Positions 51,946 to 62,551 of a stretch of DNA of 64,000 nucleotides are shown one piece after another. The DNA lies in the NCBI GenBank assembly GCA_019358915.1, contig JAHHIM010000036.1:320001-384000 (forward strand). Reading direction: 5' to 3'. The notes beneath the pieces are model-generated. The model was not told the DNA's origin, searched no databases, and saw only the letters and a list, made by a program, of their open reading frames with translations. This stretch comes from Trichormus sp. ATA11-4-KO1. GTDB taxonomy: Bacteria > Cyanobacteriota > Cyanobacteriia > Cyanobacteriales > Nostocaceae. The stretch's first letter is position 1; every line of letters starts with the position of its first letter. The position numbers were made by a program, and so were the translations under genes.

Positions 51946-52320
51946 CTACAACGTCTCCAAATAGCTCAAAAGGTCTGCCATTTCTTGAGTACTAGGCTGA
52001 AATTTTGGCATTGGTGGTGTTTCGCCACTGATAACTTGGCGAATCAACCTATATCGAGACTTGCGCTGGGAAACAGCTTGCAAACTAGGACCAACTAGCC
52101 CATCTGCTTCCAGTCCATGACAACCAGCACAGTTGATTTGAAAGATAGCATGTCCTTGAACTGGGTCTCCTGTCAGGGAAAGAACACTCTTGACATATGG
52201 ATCGGAGGCTCTAACCATCTGAACACCAAAAATGCCCAAAGGGACTGCTAGCAGTATCACCAAAGCCAACAAGGCGAACCACTGAATCAGAGTTTCAGGT
52301 TTACTAATCTGGTTATCCAA
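51946..52320 (-). CDS. cytM: Cytochrome cM
   Basis: TM helix, DPYVKSVL, CAGCH heme motif, GETPPMPKFQP; TTG start assumed. Confidence 0.88.
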   Translation of the reverse strand: MDNQISKPETLIQWFALLALVILLAVPLGIFGVQMVRASDPYVKSVLSLTGDPVQGHAIFQINCAGCHGLEADGLVGPSLQAVSQRKSRYRLIRQVISGETPPMPKFQPSTQEMADLLSYLETL

Positions 52321-52510
52321 AAGGTTTACTAAAAGTTTTTCATTTCCTACACATAGCTTAAAAGTTCTTGATTGTGTCTGCAAGCACAATACATTATTTT
52401 TTCATGATCATCAGTCGCCCAAAAACACTGTAGGGCGAGGGATTCATCCCTAATTTGGTAAGATCAAAGGTAGTAACGAATGTTGAACAATTGCAAACAG
52501 GAGATTTAAA

Positions 52511-52624
52511 GTGGTTGAACCCCTGCTCTCAGGTATTGTCCTTGGTCTAATTGTAGTCACCCTCGCGGGGCTGTTTTACGCTGCCTATAAGCAATACAAG
52601 CGCCCCAATGAATTGGGCGGTTAA
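52511..52624 (+). CDS. petG: Cytochrome b6f subunit V
   Basis: Manual translation [37 protein letters not shown] with GGAG RBS; below the ORF-track cutoff. Confidence 0.96.
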   Translation: MVEPLLSGIVLGLIVVTLAGLFYAAYKQYKRPNELGG

Positions 52625-52642
52625 ATAGTGCTTCTTTCCTGA

Positions 52643-52716
52643 GGAGCCAGTGACGGGTACGTAGGGGTCTCCCCCGCCCCAGGATGCGCGCAGCGCTGTA
52701 GTGGAGCATCTGGCGT
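52643..52716 (-). repeat. Expanded variant of the 46-bp structured repeat
   Basis: Reverse complement reads ACGCCAGATGC...GGGG-AGA-CCCC...CACTGGCTCC, with ~28 extra nt. Confidence 0.65.
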
Positions 52717-52944
52717 TGCTGATTAGGGGAGATGAGAAGTTTCTTAAAAATTACTTACTTTTCCTCATCTCCCTCATTCTTCTGGTAAGTTGCAGGCTGT
52801 TTGCAAAATGAACGCACTATGACGATAAATAGCTTTTAGGGTTTGATGCATCAAGAAACTTGTAGTCGCATTTCCCACCATAACTAACCGTACAGACAAC
52901 CTGAAAGTACTGTATCCCATGTCCTAGTGCCCAATTACGTGTTG

Positions 52945-54954
52945 CTACTGAGGAAAGTAAGCAATAATCATTGCCACTTGGGGGTGGCTACGAGCGATCG
53001 CCTCTGGTGCATGGCCGAGAAGTGAAAATAGTTGATTTTTCTGCTCAACTGTGCCATTTAACAATAGCAAATCATTGGGTTTAAGTAATCGAGAAACTTG
53101 CCGGACAAAGTTACCGCGCACCCTTTGAATTGGTGTATCTGGTGGTAATCCAGTATCAGTCAGTTCTACAGTTGCTCCTCGTACTGATATTACTTGTAAC
53201 AATTGTAAAGATGCTTTGAGTTCCGTCGCCAAACTTTTGGCTAATTCAATACTCTGACCAAAAGAACTAGCATAAGTCTGTTGGGTAGTAAACGCCAGAA
53301 ATACTCGTGCTGTATGCTCAATTGGTAATGGGAATCGAGTTACTAAAACAGGAACTGAACTACGTTGCACAATTTTATCAATGACACCACCAAATAAATT
53401 TTCTTGATAAGTGGAGTAACCCTTCCAACCGCAGACAATCACACTCGCCTGCTTCTCTTCTGCTACGCGGGCAATACCCTTATCAATTGATTCATCAATC
53501 CGACCAATAGGGATGACATTGGCAACCGCAGCATGAGCAATCATTTCTGCTGTTGATAATAATTGGCTTTGTCTGGCTTTGTCTTCTGGAGAGATAGGGG
53601 CATTTTGTTCAAGTAAAATGTGGAGGGGTAACAAAGTGCCCGTAGATGATTTTGCTAGGAGGATGGCTAACTGAAGCAAATTATCTTCAGTGCTGGGGTT
53701 AGCAACTGGAACTAAAACGCGATCGCCTATACTGCCTGAATTTGGGGTTTGAGTAATAGATTCTCCTGGCTTGAGTTTTTGCCCCCACTGGGCTGTTACC
53801 CAAGGAGAAGCAACACAAGTAACTAAGATCATGGCGATCGTGCCATTTACTGTTAATTGATCAACCAACTCGATATTATAAGCAACGGTAATTGCTGCTA
53901 GAGTCGAGGCTGCCTGAGCTACCGATAGCCCAAACATCACCATAATATTGTCAAAGTTGAATCCAAATAACTTGCCTGCGCCCCAAGCAGGAATATATTT
54001 AGAAATAATAGCGGCAGCCACCATCACACCTGATACTACCAGCGATCGCGGTTCTTGAATCAAAATACCGGGATTGACCAACATCCCTACAGAAATTAGG
54101 AAAAATGGCACAAATAGCGTATTGCCGATAAATTGAATCCGATTCATCAGGGGGCTAAGTTGCGGGATCAGTTGGGTAATGGCAACTCCAGCTAAAAAAG
54201 CACCGATTATTGGCTCAATCTGGACTAATTCTGCCCCATAGGAAACGACAAATAAGGTAGCCAAAACAAAGGTAAACTCTGCCCCTTCATCGTGTCCAAA
54301 GCGCTGAAAAAACCAACGTCCGAGGCGAGGTAGTCCCCACAGGATCAAGAAGGTGTAGATAATCAATGAGGGAATCAGGAATAGCCAAAACTCTAAAGTT
54401 AAACTACCTTCATGCGCTCTCACTACTACTGCTAACACTAACAGTGCCAGAATATTGGTGATTAACGTTCCTCCCAGAGTAGTCGTCATGACCTGCGATC
54501 GCATAATTCCCAGTTTGCTGGCTACAGGTAATGCCAGTAAAGTATGGGAAGCGAAACAAGATGCGACTAGAATAGCTGGCAACAAATCGTAGCCGATAGC
54601 CATCATCGCTCCAGTACCTAAGGCCATTGGCACCAAAAAAGTCGCCAGTCCAAAAATAACTGCCTTATCAGCGTTAAATTTCATGTCATCCAGGCTAGTT
54701 TCCAGTCCTGCCATAAACATGAGAAATAACAAACCTACCGTACCCAGCAGCACAATTGTGTTATCTCGTGCCAATAATCCCAGCCCATTTGGCCCGACTA
54801 CGACTCCTGCCAAAATTAATCCCACAATCCCAGGTAGCCGGATTTTTTCAAACAGCAGGGGGGCAATGAGCATAATCCCCAAAATCATCAGAAAAACTGG
54901 TACCGGGTCTTTAATCGGTGTAGAAATTAGGGTAGTCATTAAAAAATCAGTCAT
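52945..54954 (-). CDS. Cation/H+ antiporter (CPA2) with C-terminal USP-like domain
   Basis: GLLFLMFMAGLE, IIGAFLAG, PFFLISVG; soluble tail RVLVPVANP. Confidence 0.92.
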   Translation of the reverse strand: MTDFLMTTLISTPIKDPVPVFLMILGIMLIAPLLFEKIRLPGIVGLILAGVVVGPNGLGLLARDNTIVLLGTVGLLFLMFMAGLETSLDDMKFNADKAVIFGLATFLVPMALGTGAMMAIGYDLLPAILVASCFASHTLLALPVASKLGIMRSQVMTTTLGGTLITNILALLVLAVVVRAHEGSLTLEFWLFLIPSLIIYTFLILWGLPRLGRWFFQRFGHDEGAEFTFVLATLFVVSYGAELVQIEPIIGAFLAGVAITQLIPQLSPLMNRIQFIGNTLFVPFFLISVGMLVNPGILIQEPRSLVVSGVMVAAAIISKYIPAWGAGKLFGFNFDNIMVMFGLSVAQAASTLAAITVAYNIELVDQLTVNGTIAMILVTCVASPWVTAQWGQKLKPGESITQTPNSGSIGDRVLVPVANPSTEDNLLQLAILLAKSSTGTLLPLHILLEQNAPISPEDKARQSQLLSTAEMIAHAAVANVIPIGRIDESIDKGIARVAEEKQASVIVCGWKGYSTYQENLFGGVIDKIVQRSSVPVLVTRFPLPIEHTARVFLAFTTQQTYASSFGQSIELAKSLATELKASLQLLQVISVRGATVELTDTGLPPDTPIQRVRGNFVRQVSRLLKPNDLLLLNGTVEQKNQLFSLLGHAPEAIARSHPQVAMIIAYFPQ

Positions 54955-55477
54955 ACTCTGCCCTCAGGTTACGATATCTACGCTAAGCTACGCTAACGCA
55001 TCTGGTTTCATAGCTGTTTTCAGGCACTATAGTTAGTTGCACTGACTCAAATATTAGTACCTCCTCAAAACTTCAATCACATTAACAGTGTTTTAGATAC
55101 GTATTTTTTTACTGGCGATTGGGGATTTGCGACTACTGATTGGGTACTAGGCTACTCTTTAAAAGTGCATCAAAGTTAATATTAATATTAATTTTTACTA
55201 GATAAACAGTTAAATATTTTTAAAGTCATACAAATTATTTTTCAGTAAATTACTCCTGATATCTGCCATATCAAAATTAATAGAATAAATACACTAACTA
55301 AAGTCGTATTTTTCTATCAAGCCTTGGCATTTTTAACTTATTTTTGGAGACTATTAACAATTAGTTAGGGTATATGTTTCAGTTTTAAATAATGGTATTA
55401 TATCCATTAATTGTAGTTTTGAGTAATTGCATAAAAGCTATAGCAATCATATTTGATTTGCAAACAGCGAAAGGCTC

Positions 55478-55510
55478 AGATCCCAGACTTCTCCAAGAAG
55501 TCTGGGATCT
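55478..55510. terminator. Hairpin downstream of dxs
   Basis: Perfect 15-bp inverted repeat AGATCCCAGACTTCT / AGAAGTCTGGGATCT. Confidence 0.7.
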
Positions 55511-55544
55511 TTTTGTCTAATTCGATTTGCTCAAAAACTGTTAA

Positions 55545-57452
55545 CTAGATAACAGTAGATAGTTGCAGATGAAAGAAAGCGTCCATAACTCTTTCAGCTA
55601 TTTGACGGCTAGTTAGACCTAATTCTGCCTTAGATTCATCCGGTGTAGCATGGTCTACCAACACATCCGGTACACCAATACGCTTGACTGGAACCACAAC
55701 ATCGGCATCTAATAAAGCTTCTGCCACCGCAGAACCAAAGCCACCCATGACACAGCCTTCTTCTAAGGTAACGACACGGCCAATTTGCTTCGCTAAAGGC
55801 AAAATTAATTCAGTATCCAAGGGCTTGACAAACCGGGCATTAATCACAGTTGCTTCGATGCCGTGTTCGCTGAGAATTTCCGCCGCTTGCATACTGGGAT
55901 AAACCATTGTGCCGTAGCCGATAATTAACACATCATCCCCATGACGCAGAATTTCTCCTTTGCCGATGTCCAGGGGTTCCCAGCCTTCTTCCATCAAGGG
56001 GACACCATAGCCGTTGCCACGAGGGAAGCGCATGGCTATTGGCCCACTGGTGTGGTTAATGCCAGTCACTACCATGCGTTGCAGTTCGGCTTCGTCTTTG
56101 GGTGCCATCATTACCATGTTGGGAATGCAACGCAGATAGGCAATGTCATACATACCTTGGTGAGTAGGTCCATCAGCACCAACGATTCCTGCCCTGTCTA
56201 GGCAGAAGAACACAGGTAGGTTTTGGATACAGACATCATGAATAATCTGGTCGTAAGCCCGTTGTAAGAAGGTGGAGTAGATAGCGGCAACAGGGCGCAT
56301 TCCTTCTGTTGCCAGTCCCGCAGCTAGGGTGACAGCATGTTGTTCGGCAATGCCGACATCAATATATTGATTAGGTAGTTTGGCTTGGAGTTTATCTAAA
56401 CCTGTTCCTGTGGCCATTGCTGCCGTAATCCCAATAATTTTGGGGTTTTGTTCCGCCAGTTTGACTAGGGTGTGGGAAAAGACTTTGGCATAAGCGGGGG
56501 GTTTGGGTTTGCTAGAAGGAACAGCTTTACCAGTTGTTAGGTTAAATGGACTTTGGGCGTGGTAGCCTACTTGGTCTTGTTCAGCAATTTCGTATCCCTT
56601 ACCCTTGACTGTAGCTACATGCACCAAAACTGGCCCTGTGATTTCATGCGCCTGTTGGAAGGTGGCAATTAATTCCTCTAAGTTATGCCCATCCACTGGC
56701 CCGATATAGGTAAAGCCTAATTCTTCAAAAACAGCGCCTACCTTGGGAACAGCTAAACGCTTCATTCCTTCTTTGATGCGTCCGAGTTCGGGAGATAAGG
56801 ATTCACCGACAAAAGGAATTTGTTTAAGCTGTTCCTCAAAGTTATCTTTAATAAACTGCACCGGTGGACTAAGACGCATTTTATTGAGATAACGGGGAAT
56901 CGCGCCTACATTGGGAGATATGGACATTTCATTGTCATTGAGAACAACTAGCAAGTTCGTTTTAGGCAAGTGTCCTGCATGGTTAATAGCTTCTAAAGCC
57001 ATACCTCCAGTTAAGGCACCATCACCAATGACTGCTACTGCTTTAAATTTTTCCCCCTTCATCTCTCCAGCTAAAGCCATGCCTAATGCTGCGGAAATAC
57101 TGGTAGAAGCATGTCCTGCGCCAAAGTGATCGAACTTGCTTTCACAGCGCTTGAGATAACCAGCAATTCCTGATTTTTGCCTGAGGGTATGAAAGTTGCT
57201 GTAGCGTCCTGTAAGTAGTTTGTGGGGATAAGCTTGGTGTCCGACATCCCAAATGACTTTATCCCGATCCAAGTCCAGCGTCTGGTAAAGCCCTAGTGTT
57301 AACTCTACAACTCCTAAACCTGGCCCCAGATGCCCCCCAGTTGCTGCTACGGTTTGTAGGTGCTTGTCTCGAATCTGACGAGCAATTTGTTGCAATTGCC
57401 GGATTGACAAACCATGCAACTGGTTAGGATGGGTGATTTCACTCAGATGCAT
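55545..57452 (-). CDS. dxs: 1-deoxy-D-xylulose-5-phosphate synthase
   Basis: [58 protein letters not shown]. Confidence 0.98.
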   Translation of the reverse strand: MHLSEITHPNQLHGLSIRQLQQIARQIRDKHLQTVAATGGHLGPGLGVVELTLGLYQTLDLDRDKVIWDVGHQAYPHKLLTGRYSNFHTLRQKSGIAGYLKRCESKFDHFGAGHASTSISAALGMALAGEMKGEKFKAVAVIGDGALTGGMALEAINHAGHLPKTNLLVVLNDNEMSISPNVGAIPRYLNKMRLSPPVQFIKDNFEEQLKQIPFVGESLSPELGRIKEGMKRLAVPKVGAVFEELGFTYIGPVDGHNLEELIATFQQAHEITGPVLVHVATVKGKGYEIAEQDQVGYHAQSPFNLTTGKAVPSSKPKPPAYAKVFSHTLVKLAEQNPKIIGITAAMATGTGLDKLQAKLPNQYIDVGIAEQHAVTLAAGLATEGMRPVAAIYSTFLQRAYDQIIHDVCIQNLPVFFCLDRAGIVGADGPTHQGMYDIAYLRCIPNMVMMAPKDEAELQRMVVTGINHTSGPIAMRFPRGNGYGVPLMEEGWEPLDIGKGEILRHGDDVLIIGYGTMVYPSMQAAEILSEHGIEATVINARFVKPLDTELILPLAKQIGRVVTLEEGCVMGGFGSAVAEALLDADVVVPVKRIGVPDVLVDHATPDESKAELGLTSRQIAERVMDAFFHLQLSTVI

Positions 57453-57553
57453 ATTATAAAGTGTTCCTCTCTAAAGTCTACTTCTAGCATTATTTGATTT
57501 TCCCACGGTGGGGATGTCTCCAGATACTGTATTTGGGGGAGTGGGAAGAAAAG

Positions 57554-57606
57554 GAGATGGGGGGATGGGGAGAAGAACTTAATATTAGTAATCTCTCCTT
57601 GTCCCC
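57554..57606 (-). repeat. ~54-bp dispersed repeat, copy 2, followed by CCTTGTCCC-type tandem units
   Basis: Reverse complement of 22535-22588. Confidence 0.75.
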
Positions 57607-57628
57607 TTGTCCTCTTGTCCCCTTGTCC

Positions 57629-58342
57629 TCAACTTTCTGGACGTGGGGGAACACCAGGAACTACTGGTGTTTCTGGTAATGGTTGCTGTCTTTGTAAATA
57701 CTGATTCAGTAAATATGCCATGTCTCCACGGGTCATTGGTCGTAACGGAGCAATATTATTTTGGTCATCTGTGTTGATAAATCCTTCTGCTACAACTGTG
57801 GCGATCGCTCTTCTAGCCCATGTGGGAATAGAGGCAGCATCTGGATGTGGGGCAAGAATTTCATTTACACTATCATCGGAAAACTGAAATACACCATAAG
57901 CTTGGGCGAAAATAGCTATACCTTCTGCCCTTGTTACTCTTTGGTTAGGAAAAAACAAATTTCCTCTATAGCCTTTCATGATATCGGTTTTAAGAACTGT
58001 TTGAATATCATTAAATGCCCAATGAGAACGAGGAACATCAGGTACAGATATTGCTTCTTGTTGTTTAACAGATTCGCGTTTATCTAGGTAAAATGCTTTC
58101 ACTAAAATTGCTGCTAGTTCTGCACGATTAATCAACCTTTCTGGATAAAATTTTCCATCAGGTGAATTCGTCATTAATTTGGCTGTAATTACTTTTTGAA
58201 TTGCGGCTTCATCTATTCCAGTTGAAGGTTCTATAGCTCTAACTCTAACAATTGGTGTCAGGTTTTGGAGTAGTAAGACTAAGGAAAGAGTCCCTAACAA
58301 TTTTCGCATATTTATCACGGTTTTCATTTTGCTACTCTGCAT
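57629..58342 (-). CDS. S-layer homology (SLH) domain protein
   Basis: PDVPRSHWAF, GYRGNLFFPNQRVTRAE, PLRPMTRGD SLH repeats; start may be the later ATG (MRKLLG). Confidence 0.9.
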   Translation of the reverse strand: MQSSKMKTVINMRKLLGTLSLVLLLQNLTPIVRVRAIEPSTGIDEAAIQKVITAKLMTNSPDGKFYPERLINRAELAAILVKAFYLDKRESVKQQEAISVPDVPRSHWAFNDIQTVLKTDIMKGYRGNLFFPNQRVTRAEGIAIFAQAYGVFQFSDDSVNEILAPHPDAASIPTWARRAIATVVAEGFINTDDQNNIAPLRPMTRGDMAYLLNQYLQRQQPLPETPVVPGVPPRPES

Positions 58343-58965
58343 CTAAAAACAACTGAGCTACTAACTTTTGTTGGTGATACTCAGAATCTTGACTTGAGCT
58401 ATGGTGACGCATTTTAGCTTGATAAAGTTGCCCTTTTTCGATATGAAATTAAGTAAATAAATTATAACTTATGACTCATTATATATCTCTAAGTCCTATT
58501 TTTGTTCAAGTTTTTGGCAAATTACAATTGTAATTAGGTTATTTTTTTGAGTTAGGACGAATAGTTTATTTTAACTAATTTTACTTGAATATTTCAGACT
58601 TTTATTGTGCATATTCAGCCAAAAAAATTCACTAATTTAAAATGCCAAATCACAATAGGCATAGTATGGTCAACTCCAGTGTAGGGCAGTTAAAATTACA
58701 TACTAAAAATTCGGAATTAATCTCAAGTAATCATGATAACAATACTAAAATTTATTTTACGTAGGATTAACTTTTAGATTCAAGCTAGATAGACATTATA
58801 ACTTAACAGGCATCAAGCTGTTGTGTAACTAATAAATCACGTAATGTGCGGAAATGATGGAAAATTCTGCGTAAGTGAATTTTGAATTGCCTAGGATGTA
58901 GTATAGTCGGCCGTGATAGAACCATCTATTCAGTCCATTTAGTCAATATTTCAGGAGTTTTGGGA

Positions 58966-59676
58966 ATGAGCGCAACAGTAGACCCCGTAAAGTTGATGAA
59001 GCAAGAAGTTGGCAAAGCCGCCGCCGCCCTGGTAAAATCAGGCTCGATTGTCGGGTTGGGTACGGGGTCAACCACAGCCTATACAATTCAATTTTTAGGC
59101 GATCGCCTCAAGTCTGGTGAACTTAAAGATATTGTAGGAATCCCTACGTCTTTTCAATCAGAAGTTTTGGCAAAAGAATACGGCGTTCCTCTCACCACCT
59201 TAGATGCAGTTGACCACATTGATATTGCCATTGATGGAGCTGATGAAGTTGACCCCAAGAAGAATTTAATCAAAGGTGGCGGTGCTGCACACACCCGCGA
59301 AAAAGTAGTTGATTACTTGGCAGAGCAATTTATCGTCGTGGTAGATAGTGGTAAGTTAGTAGAGCGTTTGGGTTCTACTTTTGCCGTACCTGTAGAAGTA
59401 ATACCAATGGCCATTACCCCTGTTACTAATGCCATTAAAAAACTCGGTGGAAAGCCTGAACTCCGCATGGGTATAAAAAAAGCTGGGCCAGTCATCACTG
59501 ACCAAGGTAACATGGTATTAGATGTCAGATTTGACTCAATTGATGACCCAGTTAACCTAGAGAAAACCCTGAATAATATTCCCGGCGTTTTGGAAAATGG
59601 GATTTTTGTCAATTGTGCAGATTTAGTTTTAGTTGGTGAAGTTAAAGACGGTCAGCCTTTAGTGCGGCAATTGTAA
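58966..59676 (+). CDS. rpiA: Ribose-5-phosphate isomerase A
   Basis: [33 protein letters not shown] before ATG 58966. Confidence 0.97.
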   Translation: MSATVDPVKLMKQEVGKAAAALVKSGSIVGLGTGSTTAYTIQFLGDRLKSGELKDIVGIPTSFQSEVLAKEYGVPLTTLDAVDHIDIAIDGADEVDPKKNLIKGGGAAHTREKVVDYLAEQFIVVVDSGKLVERLGSTFAVPVEVIPMAITPVTNAIKKLGGKPELRMGIKKAGPVITDQGNMVLDVRFDSIDDPVNLEKTLNNIPGVLENGIFVNCADLVLVGEVKDGQPLVRQL

Positions 59677-59745
59677 GAGAGGAGTGGGGAGCGGGAGCAA
59701 GAAGGAGATTACTCACTAATCTTTCCCCTAATCCCTACTCTCTAC

Positions 59746-60024
59746 TCACTTATTCCCATGACTCGGACAGGGAGGTGCAGAAATAGAGCGATCTAACCAG
59801 CCAACGGCTTGTTCTAATCTAGCGATCGCTTCTTGTGGCTGCTCCTTCAGAAGATATAAAACAGCAGCAGCAGCTTGTTCACTAGCGCGGGAATTGCGGT
59901 TAGACTTGAGGCGATGCCAATCATTAGGGGAAATGCTGAGTCTTTCCATGAGGGCTTGGGCTAGTTCTAAAGTGCTAAATTCACTTAATTGACTGGTTTT
60001 AGGAAGCTGGGTAGGTTGAGACAT
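59746..60024 (-). CDS. Conserved hypothetical protein (DUF6439-like)
   Basis: DWHRLKSNR..RASEQ and C-terminal APPCPSHG. Confidence 0.75.
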   Translation of the reverse strand: MSQPTQLPKTSQLSEFSTLELAQALMERLSISPNDWHRLKSNRNSRASEQAAAAVLYLLKEQPQEAIARLEQAVGWLDRSISAPPCPSHGNK

Positions 60025-60104
60025 GATTTTAAGTGCTCAGTGCTGAGTCAGGAGTTAGAATCTTGACCATTGGTTAGCATTTAATCATAGTTTACTACCT
60101 GAAA

Positions 60105-60467
60105 ATGAAGCCGCCTAAACAATCACAGTCGCCAGGGGAAAATCAGGAACCTGATTTTGAGCAAGAACTAGAGGATGTAGAGCGATCGCTTATATCTTTG
60201 AAAGAAAGATACACTCAAGTGCAACGAGATCGTCAGCAACAGGCACAATGGCAACAGCGTCGCCACGAATTGCAACAAAATAAACACCAGACACCAGAAA
60301 TTAAAGCCGAGTTGCAGCACATTCAACAGCAGTTGGAAGTGCTAGAAATAAACTTAGAAAGCCAGCTATTTTCTTGGCGTAGTCTGAAAAAACCTTTCTG
60401 GCAAGCCGTCCGCTTTGGTGGAATGGGCGTTATTATAGGCTGGATATTAAAGTCCTGTGTTGGGTAA
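60105..60467 (+). CDS. Coiled-coil protein with C-terminal membrane anchor
   Basis: Q-rich coiled coil; LESQLFSW...[16 protein letters not shown]. Confidence 0.8.
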   Translation: MKPPKQSQSPGENQEPDFEQELEDVERSLISLKERYTQVQRDRQQQAQWQQRRHELQQNKHQTPEIKAELQHIQQQLEVLEINLESQLFSWRSLKKPFWQAVRFGGMGVIIGWILKSCVG

Positions 60468-60469
60468 AT

Positions 60470-61861
60470 ATGGTAAATCGTCGAATTGCAGAAATATTGC
60501 CAAGTGGTCAACCTGATGAGTCTTTCGTGGTTCAAGGCTGGGTAAGAACGAAACGCGAGTTAAAAGGGTTTGCTTTTATAGAAGTCAATGACGGCTCATC
60601 ACTAGCTAATTTGCAAGTCGTCATCAATCAGGATTTGCCAGGTTACGCAGAAATCATCAAACAGCTGAATACAGGCGCTGCTGTTGAGGTGAGTGGGGTA
60701 CTAGTGGCTTCTCAAGGTAAAGGACAGCGCATTGAGTTAAAAGCCGAAGCTGTGAAAGTCTACGGGGAAGCTGATCCCGAAACATATCCACTGCAAAAGA
60801 AACGCCACTCATTTGAATTTTTACGCACCATTGGACACTTGCGATCGCGGACTAATTCCTTTGGTGCAGTTTTCCGCGTCAGAAATGCCTGTTCTACAGC
60901 AATTCACCAATTCTTCCAAGAAAGAGGCTTTTTGTGGGTACATACACCCGTAATTACTGCTAACGACTGCGAAGGTGCGGGTGAACTTTTTAGCGTTACT
61001 AGCTTGGATCTTCAGAATATTCCCCGCACAGAAAACCAAGCCATAGATTACACCCAAGACTTTTTTGGTAAACCCACGTATTTAACAGTTAGTGGTCAGT
61101 TGGAAGCGGAAGTTATGGCTATGGCGTTTAGCAACGTCTACACCTTCGGCCCGACATTCCGTGCAGAAAATTCCAATACGTCCCGCCACCTAGCAGAATT
61201 TTGGATGGTCGAGCCAGAAATGGCTTTTTGTGACCTAGATGGCAATATGGATTTAGCTGAAGCATTTCTCAAACACGTTTTCCAATATGTGTTGGAAAAA
61301 TGCCCAGAAGACATGGAATTTTTCAATCAACGTATTGATAATACTGTATTAGCAACAGCCGATAATATTATTAATAATCAATTTGAGCGCTTAACTTATA
61401 CAGAAGCAGTCAAACTTTTAGAAAAAGCCGATATTAAGTTTGAATATCCAGTAAGTTGGGGTTTAGATTTACAATCAGAACACGAACGCTACCTAGCAGA
61501 ACAACTGTTTAAAAAACCTGTAATTGTCACAGATTATCCAGCGCAAATCAAAGCCTTTTATATGCGGTTGAATGATGATGAGAATACCGTGCGCGCCATG
61601 GATATTCTTGCACCTAAAATTGGCGAAATTATTGGTGGTTCCCAACGGGAAGAACGCCTAGATGTACTAGAACGCCGGATATTAGCGCAAGGAATGCAGC
61701 CAGAAGATTTGTGGTGGTATTTGGATTTACGCCGTTATGGTACTGTTCCTCACGCTGGTTTTGGTTTAGGGTTTGAAAGACTTGTGCAATTTATGACGGG
61801 TATGGGAAATATCCGCGATGTCATCCCGTTCCCCCGGACACCACAAAGCGCGGAGTTTTAG
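60470..61861 (+). CDS. asnS: Asparagine-tRNA ligase
   Basis: [42 protein letters not shown]. Confidence 0.98.
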   Translation: MVNRRIAEILPSGQPDESFVVQGWVRTKRELKGFAFIEVNDGSSLANLQVVINQDLPGYAEIIKQLNTGAAVEVSGVLVASQGKGQRIELKAEAVKVYGEADPETYPLQKKRHSFEFLRTIGHLRSRTNSFGAVFRVRNACSTAIHQFFQERGFLWVHTPVITANDCEGAGELFSVTSLDLQNIPRTENQAIDYTQDFFGKPTYLTVSGQLEAEVMAMAFSNVYTFGPTFRAENSNTSRHLAEFWMVEPEMAFCDLDGNMDLAEAFLKHVFQYVLEKCPEDMEFFNQRIDNTVLATADNIINNQFERLTYTEAVKLLEKADIKFEYPVSWGLDLQSEHERYLAEQLFKKPVIVTDYPAQIKAFYMRLNDDENTVRAMDILAPKIGEIIGGSQREERLDVLERRILAQGMQPEDLWWYLDLRRYGTVPHAGFGLGFERLVQFMTGMGNIRDVIPFPRTPQSAEF

Positions 61862-61992
61862 CAGCAGTTTTATATAATTCACGTAACTACACAAACATCT
61901 GCCAGCGCGGGTTTTTGTGTTTAGTACAAGCAGTAGAGATTATCCTAGATAAAGAGAGATAAAGCCAAACATAAATCAAATGGGATGATTGT

Positions 61993-62250
61993 ATGAGTAA
62001 AATATTAACAATTCAGTTGTCAGATGAGCTAGAACATCAATTAACAATTCAAGCTGAAAAATTAAATATATCTTTAGAGGAATTAATTCTACAATCATTG
62101 GCTAAATCACTACAGTTCAAGAATCCTCATGAAGAAGATCCGATTTTGCCGCTATTGGGTACATTAAGATTTGAGAATTCTGCTCTTGGAGAGAATCACG
62201 ATCATTATCTCCAAGAGAGTTTACATCAGGAGTTGAGAATTGCCGAATAA
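61993..62250 (+). CDS. Putative antitoxin (ribbon-helix-helix-like)
   Basis: LTIQLSDEL...AEKLNISLEELI N-terminus; DPILPLLG..ENHDHYL tail; overlaps the PIN gene by 11 nt. Confidence 0.7.
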   Translation: MSKILTIQLSDELEHQLTIQAEKLNISLEELILQSLAKSLQFKNPHEEDPILPLLGTLRFENSALGENHDHYLQESLHQELRIAE

Positions 62251-62551
62251 AGTTTTTATAGATACATCAGGGTGGGCTAATTTATTTGTTGCTACTGAAT
62301 CTTACCATGAACAAGCAAAACAGTGGTTTCAGCAAGCACGACGGCAAAATTTAGAGATGATCACAACCAATTATGTTGTGATTGAATTGGTTGCTTTGCT
62401 AAATAGCCCATTGCGTGTACCTCGTTTAAAGTTATTTCAATATGTGGATGCTGTGAGAACTGCTCACTATCTCAGCTTAATTTATATTGATGCAGCCATA
62501 GACACAGCAGCTTGGAATCTCCTGAAAACAAGAGAAGATAAAACAAACTAA
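62240..62551 (+). pseudogene. VapC/PIN toxin, C-terminally truncated
   Basis: VFIDTSGW and TTNYVVIE motifs present; ends at REDKTN, before the usual SLVD and LTTD motifs. Confidence 0.7.
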
